Shown piece by piece: positions 18,340 to 29,381 of a stretch of DNA of 64,000 nucleotides; the first letter of the stretch is position 1; each line of letters opens with the position of its first letter. The notes under the pieces were generated by a model, which worked only from the letters and a program-made list of their open reading frames with translations, did no database searches and was not told where the DNA came from. The DNA lies in contig CANQUD010000001.1 of the NCBI GenBank assembly GCA_947626935.1, positions 34,089 through 98,088 on the forward strand, read 5' to 3'. Position numbers and translations under genes: made by a program. The DNA comes from an uncultured Clostridia bacterium (GTDB taxonomy: Bacteria > Bacillota > Clostridia > Christensenellales > Borkfalkiaceae).

Positions 18340-19526
18340 TCATTTCAGAAGCGCTGCGATCCGTCGCATCGCTTCCGCCGTATTTTCATGTGTGCCGAAG
18401 GCGGTCAGACGAAAATACCCTTCGCCGTTCTTCCCGAACCCGCAGCCCGGGGTCCCGACGACGTTCGCCTTCTCCAAAAGGTAGTCGAAAAAGCTCCAGC
18501 TATCCATTCCGTTCGGACATTTCATCCAGATGTAAGGGGAATTTTTGCCCCCCGTGTACCAGATCCCGAGCGTATCCAAAACATCGGAGATGATCTTTGC
18601 GTTCCCGCGGTAGTATCCGATGCTCTCGGAGATCTCCCTTTCCCCTTCCTCGGTAAAGACAGCCGCCGCCCCCATCTGCGTGATGTAGGACGTGCCGTTG
18701 AACTTCGTGGACTGCCTTCTCGCCCAAAGGCGGTTGAGGGACGCTCCGTCCCTGACGAGCTGTTCTGGCACGACCGTATAGCCGCAGCGGACGCCCGTGA
18801 ATCCCGCCGTCTTGGAGTACGAGCAGATCTCGATGGCGCATTCCTTTGCCCCCTCGACCTGATAGATGCTGCGGGCGAGGGTGTCGTCGACGACGAAGTA
18901 CTCATAGGCGGCGTCGTACAGGATGATGGCGTCCTGTTCGAGCGCGTAGTCCACCCAGACTTTGAGCTGTTCCTTCGTATAGGCGGCTCCCGTCGGGTTG
19001 TTGGGAGAACAGAGATAGATGATGTCCGCCTTCACATTCTTGTCGGGCATGGGAAGGAACCCGTTCCCCTCGTTCGCGTCGGCAAAGAGGATCTTTCTGC
19101 CCGCCATGATGTTGGTGTCGAGGTAGACGGGATAGACGGGATCGGGCACGAGGACGACGTTCTCATCGGACAGGATATCCAAGATGTTGCCGCAGTCCGA
19201 CTTTGCGCCGTCCGAGATGAAGATGTCATGCTTTCCGAGCGTCACACCCTTGCGGGCATAGCTCCCGAGAATGGAATCGAGGAGCAGATCGTAGCCGTAG
19301 CAGGTCTGGTCGGGCGCATAGCCCTTGAAGGTCTCCGTTTTCCCCATGTCGTCGACGGCGGCGTGCATCGCGCGGATGACGGCGGGGGCAAGCGGTCTCG
19401 TGACGTCCCCGATGGAAAGACGGATGACGTCCTTTTCTGGATGAGCCTTCTTGTAGGCGGCAGTCTTGGAGCCGACCGTCGAAAAGAGGTAAGAATCTTT
19501 GAGATGTAAGAAGTTCCGATTGATCT

Positions 19527-19530
<4 letters not shown>
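18340..19530 (-). CDS. dapL: LL-diaminopimelate aminotransferase
   Basis: N-terminus [16 protein letters not shown] and [12 protein letters not shown], with a [13 protein letters not shown]-lysine block, are typical of DapL. Its start forms an ATGA overlap with the pyrG stop. Confidence 0.85.
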
Positions 19531-21131
<1,601 letters not shown>

Positions 21132-21201
21132 GGATCACCTCGTTGGTTTGATTCGGAATTGTTTGACAGCCCGCCGAAATACGGCGGAAGAAGAAACGAA
21201 G

Positions 21202-22044
21202 TCAGATGTCCGCTTCGCCCTTGAAGGCAAACGCGGCGGGACCCGTCATGAGTACGGATCCATCCGTCACGGTGACTTTGAGATCGCCGCCCTTCAGGCG
21301 GAGCGTGATGGATGTGTTCTTTTCGCAGAAGCCGTTCAGGACCGCCGCGACCGCCGAGGCACATGCCCCCGTTCCGCAGGCGAGCGTTTCCCCGCTTCCG
21401 CGCTCCCAGACACGCATTTTCAGTTGATTTTTGCCCAAAACTTGCACAAATTCGGTGTTGACGCGCTCGGGAAAGGACGGATGATGCTCAAAGAGCGGTC
21501 CGATCTTTTCGAGGTCCAGTCCGTCGGGGTCGCCGCCGAAGAGGACGCAGTGGGGATTCCCCATGCTCACACAGGTGACGCGGTATTCCCTTCCCCCGAC
21601 CTCGAGCGGCACGTTCACCGCGCGTTCCCCCGAAAAGTTCGCGGGGATCTTTGCGGGACGAAGCTCGGGACTTCCCATATCGACCGTAAAGACCTCGGCG
21701 TGTCCGTTTGAGACCTCTTCGACCTTCAGCGTCTTGACGCCCGAGAGGGTCTCTACGGTCAAAACGTCCTTATGGATGCCCTTGATGTCATAGAGGAATT
21801 TCCCGACGCAGCGGACGCCGTTCCCGCACATCTTCCCCTCGCTTCCGTCGGCGTTGAACATGCGCATCCTGCCGTCCGCGGTCTCGCTCTTGCAGACGAG
21901 GATGACGCCGTCGCCGCCCACCGAGAAGTGACGGTCGGACAGCCTTACGGCGAGGGCGGACGGGTCGGACGGCATCCAGTCGAAGCAGTCGAAATAGATG
22001 TAGTCGTTCCCGATGCCGTGCATCTTGTAAAAGGTCCGTTTCAT
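21202..22044 (-). CDS. dapF: Diaminopimelate epimerase (catalytically intact)
   Basis: Start MKRTFYKMHGIGNDY at ATG 22044 (ATGA overlap with the purA stop). Both catalytic Cys motifs are present (MCGNG, ACGTGA), as is GNPH. Confidence 0.92.
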   Translation of the reverse strand: MKRTFYKMHGIGNDYIYFDCFDWMPSDPSALAVRLSDRHFSVGGDGVILVCKSETADGRMRMFNADGSEGKMCGNGVRCVGKFLYDIKGIHKDVLTVETLSGVKTLKVEEVSNGHAEVFTVDMGSPELRPAKIPANFSGERAVNVPLEVGGREYRVTCVSMGNPHCVLFGGDPDGLDLEKIGPLFEHHPSFPERVNTEFVQVLGKNQLKMRVWERGSGETLACGTGACASAVAAVLNGFCEKNTSITLRLKGGDLKVTVTDGSVLMTGPAAFAFKGEADI

Positions 22045-23315
22045 TTCATTTTGACGTATTCGTCGCGCTCTGCGCCCACGGAGACGTAGGTGATGTTGCA
22101 ATCGCAGAGTTTTTCGAGAAGATGGATGTAGTCAAGCGCCTCTTTCGGAAGGTCGGAGGGCTTTCTGCATTTGGAGATGTCGCAGTTCCAGCCCTTGACT
22201 GTCTTGAAAACGGGCTTGCAGTACGGGAGAAGGTCGGGATAGGGAAATTCATGGAGGATCTTGCCTTCAAGTTCGTATGCGGTGCAGATCTCCAGTTCTT
22301 CATGTCCCGAGAGGATGTCAAGCTTCGTGAGGGCGACCTCGTCCGCTCCCTGACAGCGGATGCCGTACTTGGAAGCGACGGCGTCAAAGGGACCGACCCG
22401 CCTCGGTCTGCCCGTGGCTGCGCCGTATTCCCCGCCCGCTTCGCGGAGCTTCTCCGCCTTCTCGCCGAAGTATTCCGCCGTGAAGGGTCCCTCGCCGACG
22501 CAGGTGGAATATGCCTTCATGATTCCGATGCTCTTGTCGAGCTTGAGTTCGGGCACACCCGCCCCGATGGGAGCATAGGCGGCGATCGTCGAGGAGCTGG
22601 AAGTGTAGGGCAAAATGCCGAAATCGACGTCGCGGAGCGCTCCGAGCTGGGCCTCGAACATGATCTTCTTGCCCGCCGCATGCGCCGCGCCGAGGTAAAG
22701 TCCCGTATCCACGATGTAGTCCTTGAGGGGTTCCCCGTATGTCTTGAAGTACTCTTCGATCTCGGCGACCGTGACGGGCGCATGCCCGTATCCGCCCGCG
22801 ACGGTGAGATTTTTCCACTCGACAACGTCGGGGATCTTGCTCTTCAGAAGCTCGGGATAGAGAAGTTCCCCCATGCGGAAACATTTCTTCATGTATCTGT
22901 CGGCATAGGCGGGAGCGATCCCTCTCCGCGTGGAGCCGAACTTCTTGCCCGCAAGTCTGTCCTCTTCGAGACAGTCGAGGAGCACGTGATAGGGCATGGT
23001 GATGACAGCCCTGTCGCTGATCTTGAGGTTTTCGGGGGTGATACGGATGCCCTTCTTGCGCAGACGCCCGATCTCCTCGGTCAAATGCTTGATGTCGATG
23101 ACCATGCCCGGTCCGAGGACGTTGACGACCTTCTCGCGGAGAATGCCCGAGGGCAGAAGGTTGAGGATGAATTTCCCCCGTTCGTTGATGACGGTATGCC
23201 CTGCGTTGTTGCCGCCCTGATAGCGGCAGACGATATCGTAATCGGCGGAGAGCAGGTCGACCATGCGCCCTTTCCCTTCGTCGCCCCAATTGATCCCGCA
23301 GATGGAAGTAAGCAT
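22041..23315 (-). CDS. purA: Adenylosuccinate synthase
   Basis: GINWGDEGKGRMVD P-loop, GGNNAGHT and TTRGIGP-like blocks. 424 aa. Confidence 0.96.
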   Translation of the reverse strand: MLTSICGINWGDEGKGRMVDLLSADYDIVCRYQGGNNAGHTVINERGKFILNLLPSGILREKVVNVLGPGMVIDIKHLTEEIGRLRKKGIRITPENLKISDRAVITMPYHVLLDCLEEDRLAGKKFGSTRRGIAPAYADRYMKKCFRMGELLYPELLKSKIPDVVEWKNLTVAGGYGHAPVTVAEIEEYFKTYGEPLKDYIVDTGLYLGAAHAAGKKIMFEAQLGALRDVDFGILPYTSSSSTIAAYAPIGAGVPELKLDKSIGIMKAYSTCVGEGPFTAEYFGEKAEKLREAGGEYGAATGRPRRVGPFDAVASKYGIRCQGADEVALTKLDILSGHEELEICTAYELEGKILHEFPYPDLLPYCKPVFKTVKGWNCDISKCRKPSDLPKEALDYIHLLEKLCDCNITYVSVGAERDEYVKMK

Positions 23316-23386
23316 GTTTGTAACTCCTTCTAACGCGCAGAAAGTTTTTTCGTGCCGAAAAAAACGCTCCGCGCACAGTACGTTTT

Positions 23387-23416
23387 ATTATACAATAATA
23401 TCGGAACGATTGTCAA
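23387..23416 (-). promoter_or_regulatory. Sigma-70 promoter for purA-dapF
   Basis: Minus strand reads TTGACA, 18 nt, TATAAT, ~70 nt upstream of the purA ATG. Confidence 0.65.
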
Positions 23417-23534
23417 GCATCACGCGGCGATTTCCGTCAGATTCTTGCGTCTCCTTTTCGACGCCGAAATGCAAATTTCTACAAAATATTGACAGGAATT
23501 TGCAAAAATAATTCATAAATTTCACAAAAAAGGA

Positions 23535-23563
23535 TTGACAACTTCTTGAAAACGTCGTAAAAT
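23535..23563 (+). promoter_or_regulatory. Sigma-70 promoter for the NUDIX gene
   Basis: TTGACA, 17 nt, TAAAAT. An AGGGAGG SD follows before ATG 23590. Confidence 0.65.
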
Positions 23564-23589
23564 AAGTAAAATACGAGGGAGGTGAATGT

Positions 23590-24081
23590 ATGTATTGCAG
23601 AGATTGCGGCGAAAAACTCACGCTTCGCTTTCTCGAAAACGAAGGTCTTGTCCCCTACTGCGACAAGTGCCGTAAGTTCAAGTTCCCCTTCTTCCCCGTA
23701 GCTGTATCGATGGCGGTGACGAACCGTCAGGAAAACAAGATCTTGCTTGCAAAGCACGTGGGCGACGATGACTTCAAACTGTTTGCGGGGTACGTCAAGA
23801 AGGGCGAGAGCGCGGAAAAAGCCATTCCGCGGGAGCTGAAAGAGGAGACTGCTCTTTCGGCTGTCAAGTGGAAGTATCTCGCTTCCCGCTACCATGAAGC
23901 AAAGAATATCCTCATGCTCGGCTTTCTGGTAACGGCGGAGGACGGCGGGATCGCGCTCAACGAGGAGATCGCCGAAGTGAAATGGTGTACGCCCGACGAA
24001 GCGCGGGAACTCATCCGCAAAAACTCCACTGCGGAATATTTCCTCAATTACGCCTTGGGCGAACTTGCACGGAAGAAATAA
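23590..24081 (+). CDS. NUDIX hydrolase with N-terminal zinc ribbon (NudC-like architecture)
   Basis: CxxC...CxxC at the N-terminus. Nudix box GYVKKGESAEKAIPRELKEETAL. Confidence 0.8.
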   Translation: MYCRDCGEKLTLRFLENEGLVPYCDKCRKFKFPFFPVAVSMAVTNRQENKILLAKHVGDDDFKLFAGYVKKGESAEKAIPRELKEETALSAVKWKYLASRYHEAKNILMLGFLVTAEDGGIALNEEIAEVKWCTPDEARELIRKNSTAEYFLNYALGELARKK

Positions 24082-24088
24082 CGAAGAT

Positions 24089-24120
24089 CCCCTCTCCTTT
24101 TGCGGAGAGGGGTCTTTCTT
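24089..24120 (+). terminator. Rho-independent terminator
   Basis: CCCCTCTCC-ttttgc-GGAGAGGGG followed by a T-rich tail (TCTTTCTT). Confidence 0.75.
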
Positions 24121-24173
24121 GCATTTTAGCGGAATGGGGTCGGAAAAATTGACTTTTCTCCGATTTGGAAAGG

Positions 24174-24908
24174 TCAATCTTCTTCCTCTTCTTCGGGAAG
24201 TTCGACGTTGTGATAGACGTCCTGAACGTCATCGTTTTCCTCGAGCTTTTCGAGCATCTTTTTGAAGAGTTCGAGCTTCTCGCCGTCGAGCACGATCTTG
24301 TTCTGCGGGATCATGGCGATCTCCGCCTGCAGGAATTCCAGCCCCTTTCCTTCCAGATAGGTGCGGACCTGCGAGAACGCGGAAGGCTCCGTGTAGATCT
24401 CATAGACGTCCTCCTGCGTGACGACGTCCTCGGCGCCCGCTTCGAGCGCCATATCCATGATCTCGTCCTCGGAAAGGGTCTTTTCGACGACGATGAGACC
24501 GCGGTTGTCGAACATGTAGGAGACGCTCCCCGTCGTGCCGAGGGAGCCGCCGCATTTCGACATGATGGAACGGACGTCGCTCGCCGTGCGGTTGTTGTTG
24601 TCGGTCAGTGTCGTGACGATGACCGCCGCGCCGCCCGCGCCGTATCCCTCATAGGTAAGCTCCTTGTATTCCTTGTCGCCGAGTTCCCCCGCCGCCTTCT
24701 TGATGGAGCGTTCGATGTTGTCGTTGGGCATGTTCGCCGCCTTTGCCTTGGCAATGACGTCGGCGAGCTTGGAGTTGGTCGCGGGGTTGGGGTTCCCCTT
24801 TGCCGCGACCGCCAGTTCTCTGCCGATCTTCGTGAAGAGCTTGCCTCTCGCGGCGTCCGCCTTCCCCTTTTTAGCCTGTATATTGTGCCATTTGCTGTGA
24901 CCTGACAT
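24174..24908 (-). CDS. YebC/PmpR family DNA-binding regulatory protein
   Basis: [27 protein letters not shown] is the family N-terminal signature. Confidence 0.93.
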   Translation of the reverse strand: MSGHSKWHNIQAKKGKADAARGKLFTKIGRELAVAAKGNPNPATNSKLADVIAKAKAANMPNDNIERSIKKAAGELGDKEYKELTYEGYGAGGAAVIVTTLTDNNNRTASDVRSIMSKCGGSLGTTGSVSYMFDNRGLIVVEKTLSEDEIMDMALEAGAEDVVTQEDVYEIYTEPSAFSQVRTYLEGKGLEFLQAEIAMIPQNKIVLDGEKLELFKKMLEKLEENDDVQDVYHNVELPEEEEED

Positions 24909-24911
24909 AAT

Positions 24912-25673
24912 TCATACTCCTTTCTTTAATAGATACATCAGAATTCCCGCCGAAACGGCGGCGTTGAGACTTTCGACCCGACCTTCCATCGGGATGCCGA
25001 CGGTGAAGTCCGCTCTTTTCCGTACTTCTTCCGAAAGACCGTTCCCCTCGTTCCCGATGCAGATGCAGAACTTTTCGGGCGGGACGAACACAAAGACATC
25101 CTGTCCGTCCATGTCTGCCGCGATCATGGGAATACCCCCGAGGAGATGCAGGATCTCTTCCCGCGTGCCGCGCATGAGTTTTCCGTAAAACACGCCGCTC
25201 ATGCTTGCCCGCACGCTCTTGGGAGAATAGGGATCGGCGCAGTCGGCGAGATAGATCTCTTCGTACCCTGCCGCGGCAGCCGTCCTGAGGATCGCCCCGA
25301 CGTTGGCGGGATCCGCGACGCCGTCTAAAAAGAGACAGCTTTTTTGGGGCGGTTCCAACGGGGTGTGCGGGATCTTCACCTCTGCGGCGATGCCCTGCGG
25401 AGTCTTTTCGTCGCAGATTGCCCGAAAGGCGTCCTCGCCGAGCAGCACGACCGCGGAGGGATCGATCCTGTCCTTGAACGGGACGTCGAGCGGCATGCGC
25501 TCCTCTGTCGCAAGAAGGGCGACCCGAACGATCTCCATGCCGCTCTCCATACATTCGAGGAACATCTTGCCGCCCTCGACGAGGAAGGTCCCCCTCTCCC
25601 GTCTCCCCTTCTTCTCCTTGAGAGAAGCGAGTTCCCTGACGATGGGATTTTGTTTTGACTGAATGACGATCAT
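24912..25673 (-). CDS. TrmH/SpoU family RNA 2'-O-methyltransferase
   Basis: N-terminal substrate-binding domain plus SpoU motifs (DGVADPANVGAILRTA, IGNEGNGLS, ESLNAAV). Confidence 0.85.
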   Translation of the reverse strand: MIVIQSKQNPIVRELASLKEKKGRRERGTFLVEGGKMFLECMESGMEIVRVALLATEERMPLDVPFKDRIDPSAVVLLGEDAFRAICDEKTPQGIAAEVKIPHTPLEPPQKSCLFLDGVADPANVGAILRTAAAAGYEEIYLADCADPYSPKSVRASMSGVFYGKLMRGTREEILHLLGGIPMIAADMDGQDVFVFVPPEKFCICIGNEGNGLSEEVRKRADFTVGIPMEGRVESLNAAVSAGILMYLLKKGV

Positions 25674-25709
25674 GACAAAAAAGCCTTTCGCGGAAAGGCT
25701 TTTGTTGGC

Positions 25710-26060
25710 TTAAAGAGCAGCTTTGGCTTTGCCGCAGATGTCGGCAAAGGCAGCCGCGTCGTTGACGGCAAGGTCTGCGAGGATCTTACGGTTGAGTTCG
25801 ATGCCCGCGAGCTTGAGTCCGTGGATGAGCTTGGAATAGGAAAGACCGTTAAGTCTCGCACCCGCGTTGATACGGGCGATCCAGAGTTTCTTCATGTCGC
25901 GCTTCCGAAGTTTCCTTCCGACGTATGCGTACTGAAGGGACTTCATCACCGCCTGACGCGCGATGCGGTAGTTCTTGCTCTTGTACCCGAAATAGCCCTT
26001 TGCGAGCTTAAAGATCTTCCTGCGCTTTTTGACTGCGTTTACGCCTCTTTTAATTCTCAT
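25710..26060 (-). CDS. rplT: 50S ribosomal protein L20
   Basis: [25 protein letters not shown]. Confidence 0.97.
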   Translation of the reverse strand: MRIKRGVNAVKKRRKIFKLAKGYFGYKSKNYRIARQAVMKSLQYAYVGRKLRKRDMKKLWIARINAGARLNGLSYSKLIHGLKLAGIELNRKILADLAVNDAAAFADICGKAKAAL

Positions 26061-26075
26061 TGCCTGCCTCCTCCC

Positions 26076-26276
26076 TTAATCCTTGTAGGGAATCATGCGC
26101 TTGACGGTGTTCTCCTGCGTCTCGGAGACGAGGGTGGACTGGCGCAGATTTCTCTTTCTCTTTCTGTTCTTGGTCTCTGCCTTGTGGTTCTTGCCGCCGT
26201 GTGCTCTGTACACCTTGCCGGATCCCGTGAGCCAGAAGCGCTTTTTCGAACCGCTGTGCGATTTCTGTTTGGGCAT
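26076..26276 (-). CDS. rpmI: 50S ribosomal protein L35
   Basis: MPKQKSHSGSKKRF... Start at the in-frame ATG 26276. Confidence 0.95.
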   Translation of the reverse strand: MPKQKSHSGSKKRFWLTGSGKVYRAHGGKNHKAETKNRKRKRNLRQSTLVSETQENTVKRMIPYKD

Positions 26277-26335
26277 TTCTGTATCCTCCAAATTGCTTTT
26301 TTTTGATGTATTGCGACCCTTGCGGGACGGTTTCC

Positions 26336-26866
26336 TTACTTTTTCGCGGGGGCGAGGATCAAAATGAGGTTGCGCCCCTCCATGTTGAGCGGCTTCTCGA
26401 TGACGGCGATCTCCTTCAGCCCCTCATAGAAGTTCATGATGACGTCTTTGCCGAGATTGGCGTGCGCCATCTGCCTTCCGCGGAGACGGATCGTCACTTT
26501 GACCTTGTTGCCCTGCTCCAAAAACTTTTGCGCTTGACGCGCCTTGACGTTGAGATCCCCCACGTCGATGGTCATGGAGAGCTGGACTTCCTTGAGTTCG
26601 ACGATCTTCTGGTTCTTCTTGTTCTCCTTCTCCTTTTTCGCCTGTTCGAACTTGTACTTTCCGTAGTCCATGATCTTACAGACGGGAGGGACCGCCGTGG
26701 GAGAGATCTTGACGAGATCGAGTCCCGCTTCGTCGGCGAGGCGGAGCGCCTCGCGGGAGGACATCACGCCGAGCATTTCCCCCGTTTCGGAGATGAGACG
26801 GACCTCGCGGTCACGGATCTCGCCATTCAACTGATTTTGATTCTGATTTTGATTTTTACCTGCCAT
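26336..26866 (-). CDS. infC: Translation initiation factor IF-3
   Basis: LNGEIRDREVRLISETGEMLGV and the rest are IF-3. ATG 26866 sits behind a GAGAGG SD. The ORF-track GTG at 26923 would read through the leader terminator. Confidence 0.93.
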   Translation of the reverse strand: MAGKNQNQNQNQLNGEIRDREVRLISETGEMLGVMSSREALRLADEAGLDLVKISPTAVPPVCKIMDYGKYKFEQAKKEKENKKNQKIVELKEVQLSMTIDVGDLNVKARQAQKFLEQGNKVKVTIRLRGRQMAHANLGKDVIMNFYEGLKEIAVIEKPLNMEGRNLILILAPAKK

Positions 26867-26875
26867 ATTCCTCTC

Positions 26876-26910
26876 AAAAAAAACGGGTTTCGCAGCACGC
26901 AAAACCCGTT
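26876..26910 (-). terminator. Leader attenuator hairpin just upstream of the infC SD (L20-type autoregulatory leader candidate)
   Basis: Minus strand reads AACGGGTTT-tgcgtgctgcg-AAACCCGTT followed by TTTTTTTT. It lies between the promoter at 27016-27044 and the infC start. Confidence 0.6.
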
Positions 26911-27015
26911 GAACTTTTTTCACGCACGGTCAAACCGTGACATTTCCGAAAATTCATTGACCCGCGCCGCGTCGCAGCTGCGGAGAGAAGGGTTTACCTC
27001 TGCTTGACGATGATT

Positions 27016-27044
27016 ACTATATCACACCGCAGCATACTTGTCAA
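27016..27044 (-). promoter_or_regulatory. Sigma-70 promoter of infC-rpmI-rplT
   Basis: Minus strand reads TTGACA, 17 nt, TATAGT. Confidence 0.7.
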
Positions 27045-27127
27045 CTCATTTTCGCTACTTTTTTGGAATTTCCGCGGCAAAAGCCCCCGAAATATCCCCT
27101 CGGCGGTCCCTTTCACGGACGATCCGA

Positions 27128-29086
27128 TCAGAAGATGACCTTCTTTTCGTCCTCTTCGACCACAAGGGCGATGAAGTCGTCCTTCGTCATGGAGCCGATG
27201 TCCCCGACGCCCCGCTTTCTGACGGAGACGGTGCCGTTCTCTGTTTCCTTGTCACCGACGACAAGCTTGTAGGGAACTTTCTCCTGCTCTGCGTCGAAGA
27301 TCTTTCTGCCGATCTTCTCGTTGCGGTAGTCGGCGGAAGCGCGGATGCCCACTTCCGTCAGCTCCTCGACGACTTCCTTCGCATAGTCCGCCGCTCTGTC
27401 GGTGACGGGAAGGACTTTGACCTGCTCGGGCGCAAACCAGAGCGGAAACGCGCCCGCGTACTTCTCGATGAGCATTGCGAGCGTCCTCTCGTAGCAGCCG
27501 ATGGAACTGCGGTGGATGACATACGGGGTCTGTCTGGTGCCGTCCGCGTCGACATATTCCATGCCGAAGCTGTGCCCTGCGGCGAAGTCGATCTGGATAG
27601 TGATGAGCGTGTCCTCTTTGCCGTAGACGTTCTTCGTCTGCACGTCGAGCTTGGGTCCGTAGAAGGCGGCTTCGTCGTCCGCTTCGACATAGTCGAGCTT
27701 GAGGTCGTCGAGGATCTTCTTCATCATCGCTTCCGTCGCGTTCCATGCCGCATCGTCGTCGATGTACTTATCGGACTTGGACTTCCCCCTCTTGGAGAAG
27801 CGGAAGGTGACGTCCCCGCGCATGCCGAGGCAGTCGAGGATATAATAGGAGAGGTCGAGGCAGCGCTTGAACTCCTCTTCCACCTGTTCCTTGGTGCAGA
27901 TAATGTGTCCGTCGGAGAGGGTGAACTGGCGGATGCGGATGAGTCCGTGCATCTCGCCCGAAGCCTCGTTTCTGAACTCCGTCGCCGTCTCGGAATAGCG
28001 GCAAGGGAGGTCGCGGTACGATTTCAGACCGTTTTTGAAGATCTGGTACTGGAACGGGCAGGTCATGGGACGGAGCGCCATGATCTCGTCGTCTTTCTTG
28101 ACCGCCTCGCCGTGTTCGTCGATGTCTCCGAGCACGAACATCTTGTCGCGGTAGTGCGCCCAGTGCCCCGAGATCTTGTAGAGGTCGGACTTCGCCATAT
28201 TGGGGGTCTTGGTGATCATGAATCCGCGCTTCGCCTCTTCATCCTCGACAAAGCGGGAAAGGATCTGGAGCATCTTCGCCCCTTTCGGCATGAGAATGGG
28301 AAGTCCCTGCCCGATGACGTCGCTCGTCATGAAGATGCCGAGGTCCCTGCCGAGCTTGTTGTGGTCGCGCTTTTTGGCTTCCTCGAGGCGGGCGATGTAG
28401 GCTTCGACCTCGTCCTTCTTGGCAAACGCCGTCCCGTAGATGCGGGTAAGCATCTTCTTCTTGGAATCCCCTCTCCAGTAGGCACCCGTGATGGAGAGGA
28501 GCTTGAATGCCTTGATCTTGCCCGTGGAGGGAAGGTGCGGCCCCCTGCAGAGATCGGTAAACGAACCCTGCTTGTAGAAGGAGATCTCGGCGTCGGCGGG
28601 AAGGTCCTTGATCAGCTCCACCTTATAGCTCTCATGATAGCTCTTCATGAGCGCGATAGCTTCCTCACGGGGAAGGGTGAAACGGGTGATGGGCAGATTG
28701 CTCTTGACGATCGCCTTCATTTCGGCTTCAATCTTGTCGAAATCTTCCATCGTGATGGGCGTCTTGAAGTCGACGTCATAGTAGAAGCCGTTCTCGATCG
28801 TGGGACCGATGGCGAGCTTGCAGGTGGGATAGATATTTTTGAGCGCCTGCGCGAGCACATGGGCACAGGTGTGGCGGTAGACTTCCAGCCCTTCCTTGTC
28901 CTTGAGCGTCACGAGTTCGAGACTGTCGCCCTCTTTCAGCGTATGGGAAAGGTCTTTGAGTTCCCCGTTCACCTTTGCGGCGACGGCGTTCCTTGCAAGT
29001 CCCTCCGAAATTTTCAGGGCGGCGTCATAGGCAGATGCACCCTCGTCGATCTCAAGAAGATCTCCGTTTTTGAGTGAAACGTTCAT
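27128..29086 (-). CDS. thrS: Threonyl-tRNA synthetase
   Basis: TGS domain, editing domain (HTCAHVLA), class II core and anticodon-binding domain. 652 aa. Confidence 0.97.
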   Translation of the reverse strand: MNVSLKNGDLLEIDEGASAYDAALKISEGLARNAVAAKVNGELKDLSHTLKEGDSLELVTLKDKEGLEVYRHTCAHVLAQALKNIYPTCKLAIGPTIENGFYYDVDFKTPITMEDFDKIEAEMKAIVKSNLPITRFTLPREEAIALMKSYHESYKVELIKDLPADAEISFYKQGSFTDLCRGPHLPSTGKIKAFKLLSITGAYWRGDSKKKMLTRIYGTAFAKKDEVEAYIARLEEAKKRDHNKLGRDLGIFMTSDVIGQGLPILMPKGAKMLQILSRFVEDEEAKRGFMITKTPNMAKSDLYKISGHWAHYRDKMFVLGDIDEHGEAVKKDDEIMALRPMTCPFQYQIFKNGLKSYRDLPCRYSETATEFRNEASGEMHGLIRIRQFTLSDGHIICTKEQVEEEFKRCLDLSYYILDCLGMRGDVTFRFSKRGKSKSDKYIDDDAAWNATEAMMKKILDDLKLDYVEADDEAAFYGPKLDVQTKNVYGKEDTLITIQIDFAAGHSFGMEYVDADGTRQTPYVIHRSSIGCYERTLAMLIEKYAGAFPLWFAPEQVKVLPVTDRAADYAKEVVEELTEVGIRASADYRNEKIGRKIFDAEQEKVPYKLVVGDKETENGTVSVRKRGVGDIGSMTKDDFIALVVEEDEKKVIF

Positions 29087-29100
29087 CTTTTTCCTCCTGT

Positions 29101-29118
29101 TATGTCTGACATAGTACT
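29101..29118 (-). repeat. Quasi-palindromic dispersed element, truncated copy between the T-box terminator and the thrS SD
   Basis: Plus strand reads TATGTCTGACATAGTACT. Confidence 0.8.
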
Positions 29119-29130
29119 TCGCATAACGCG

Positions 29131-29346
29131 AAAAAAATAAAAATCGTCCTTAAAATCCCCTCTTTGGGTATTTAAGGACGCAAATTTTCTCTTTGCGCGG
29201 TTCCACCTTAATTGCTCTCGAAAGAGCCGCTTTCAGATTGTTTCCGATAAAATAAAGCGGTTTCGCCTTCCGACGCTCCATGCGGGCATTTCAGCCGTGT
29301 GTCCGCTCTCTGGGAAGAAGCCTTCGGCGCTACTTGTCTTTAAGTG
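29131..29346 (-). promoter_or_regulatory. T-box leader (tRNA-sensing riboswitch) of thrS with terminator
   Basis: Minus strand carries AGAGA in stem I and a candidate specifier GAA-ACC-G (Thr). The T-box sequence is AAUUAAGGUGGAACCGCG (plus-strand 29206-29217). The terminator is CGTCCTTAAA...TTTAAGGACG plus a U-run (29131-29180). Confidence 0.85.
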
Positions 29347-29352
29347 CTTCTT

Positions 29353-29381
29353 ATTGTAAAATGATTTTCTCTGTTTGTCAA
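29353..29381 (-). promoter_or_regulatory. Sigma-70 promoter of the thrS leader
   Basis: Minus strand reads TTGACA, 17 nt, TACAAT. The -35 overlaps the stop codon of the upstream ytxC-like gene. Confidence 0.7.

Noticed and set aside
23479-24177. 232-aa minus-strand ORF
   Set aside because: It overlaps the NUDIX gene and its terminator on the opposite strand. I see no motifs, and it spans a promoter region.
26867-26923. GTG 26923 as the infC start (the ORF-track start)
   Set aside because: It would translate through the leader terminator hairpin and add a non-IF-3 N-terminus. ATG 26866 has a proper SD and gives the canonical length.
27038-29077. 679-aa plus-strand ORF, along with similar long ORFs at 44199-46583, 48595-50664, 51127-52854, 59004-60905, 19542-21224, 16698-18254 and 11717-13126
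   Set aside because: Each is the antisense shadow of a confidently identified gene (thrS, ntpA, ntpI, clpB, the ABC exporter, pyrG, malQ, nfnB). None has its own SD or recognisable motifs.
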